64,000 nt of DNA from Schmidtea polychroa (taxonomy: Eukaryota), in NCBI GenBank assembly GCA_044892525.1, contig CM097885.1, forward strand, positions 42,720,001-42,784,000, written 5' to 3'. Position 1 is the first letter of the stretch; each line of letters starts with the position of its first letter. Under the pieces are notes generated by a model. It ran no database searches, had not been told where the DNA came from, and was given only the letters and a program-made list of their open reading frames with translations. Positions 62,997 through 64,000 of the stretch are shown here, piece after piece. The position numbers and the translations under genes are program-made.

Positions 62997-64000
62997 CGGA
63001 GGACGAAATCCGGTAATTGAAAGCAAAGTTTAATTCACGTATCAGACAAGGTGATTGCCTCTTAGGTTCTCTACCTTAGCGAGCGATATTTATTCAGAGA
63101 GAAAGGTGCAAATCTAGCGACGAATTGTAATTTTGATTGAAGTCTAATAAAGTTATTATGTGTTGGGTTTTTATTCATTTGTTTAAATAAGACCATGAGA
63201 AGTCAGAGAAAACCGACTTGAAAAATAATAACCCAACATTACTAGCAATAAAATATGAGACTCTTCTCCATTTATAAGAGGCTTCGTAGACTAGATAAGG
63301 ACCGGGTGAGGGTGATCACCAGAAGTGACATTTTTAATCTACAGTAGTGAAAAGAAAAGTTGACTTGATAAGATAATATAATGTGAGAGACAATTTTATT
63401 TTGTAATGATTCTTTAATATTTATATTAACTTAATAATTTCACTTATCCCCATGTCTTCCATCCTGATTGGGTGATATCCAGAGAAATGCCATTAAAAGA
63501 TAAACGATCCAATATCAGCGAATATCCTTTGGCTTTCACATCTTAAACTTTTAAATAGATTGAATAAGAATGTAGTATGTGCCCTACAAAACACTTTAAG
63601 AAGTCGCAAAATTTTATTATTAAATAATTACTAAATGAGAGGACGAGGGGGGGGGGTGCGCGATAACTGATAGAAAGTTAAAGTTCACATAAATCTACTT
63701 CTAGATCAAAAAATCAAATTCATTAATGATGCTTCAGAAAATGATTGCTTACCCCACTCCCCTAGGAGTCATTGCTAAATTTTTTAAACTTCATTTTATG
63801 GTCAAATTTCATAAAATTTAATTTATACTCACCCTTCCAACTGATAAATTTCCAAATCATTTCGAAATAATCCTGACGCTTTACGGTAGAGATCAGCGCT
63901 AATCTTTGCCAGAGAAGACAATTGGACTGGGACAAAATGGCAGATGGCCAAGATCAATATTAATTTAGCATTGACATACATTAATGAAAATTATAATTAA

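Noticed and set aside
62415..63026. ORFs spanning the N run
   Set aside because: Artefacts of the assembly gap.

Overview
This is very AT-rich eukaryotic (animal) genomic DNA with short ~45-60 nt introns and many (ATT)n microsatellites. That style fits a planarian flatworm, which is an inference only. Three host genes are present: the last two exons of an ADAR-type adenosine deaminase (690-1445, +), a ~26-exon gene for a ~1,800-aa probably secreted EGF/cadherin/repeat/F5-8C protein (~12293-59832, +), and the 3' exons of a TMEM184 gene (60745-62134, -). Introns and intergenic DNA are packed with transposons: two related compact Gypsy LTR elements with ~120-150 bp LTRs, a Zator transposase, hAT, Merlin, Tc1 and MULE remnants, several MITEs, and three Polinton/Maverick-derived pieces. 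The most striking object is a 7,270-bp non-autonomous Polinton/Maverick (25231-32500) with AGTAG...CTACT ends, a TCCCAA 6-bp TSD and ~2-kb inverted arms. Of its core genes only fragments of the packaging ATPase and pPolB are left. It keeps intact small cargo genes: an intron-containing Bcl-2-like gene (missed by the ORF track), a miniature TBP-like gene, a signal-peptide/coiled-coil/GPI-type gene and several unknown ORFs. Clustered AP-1-type sites lie in its termini. All calls come from reading motifs by eye; no database searches were run.
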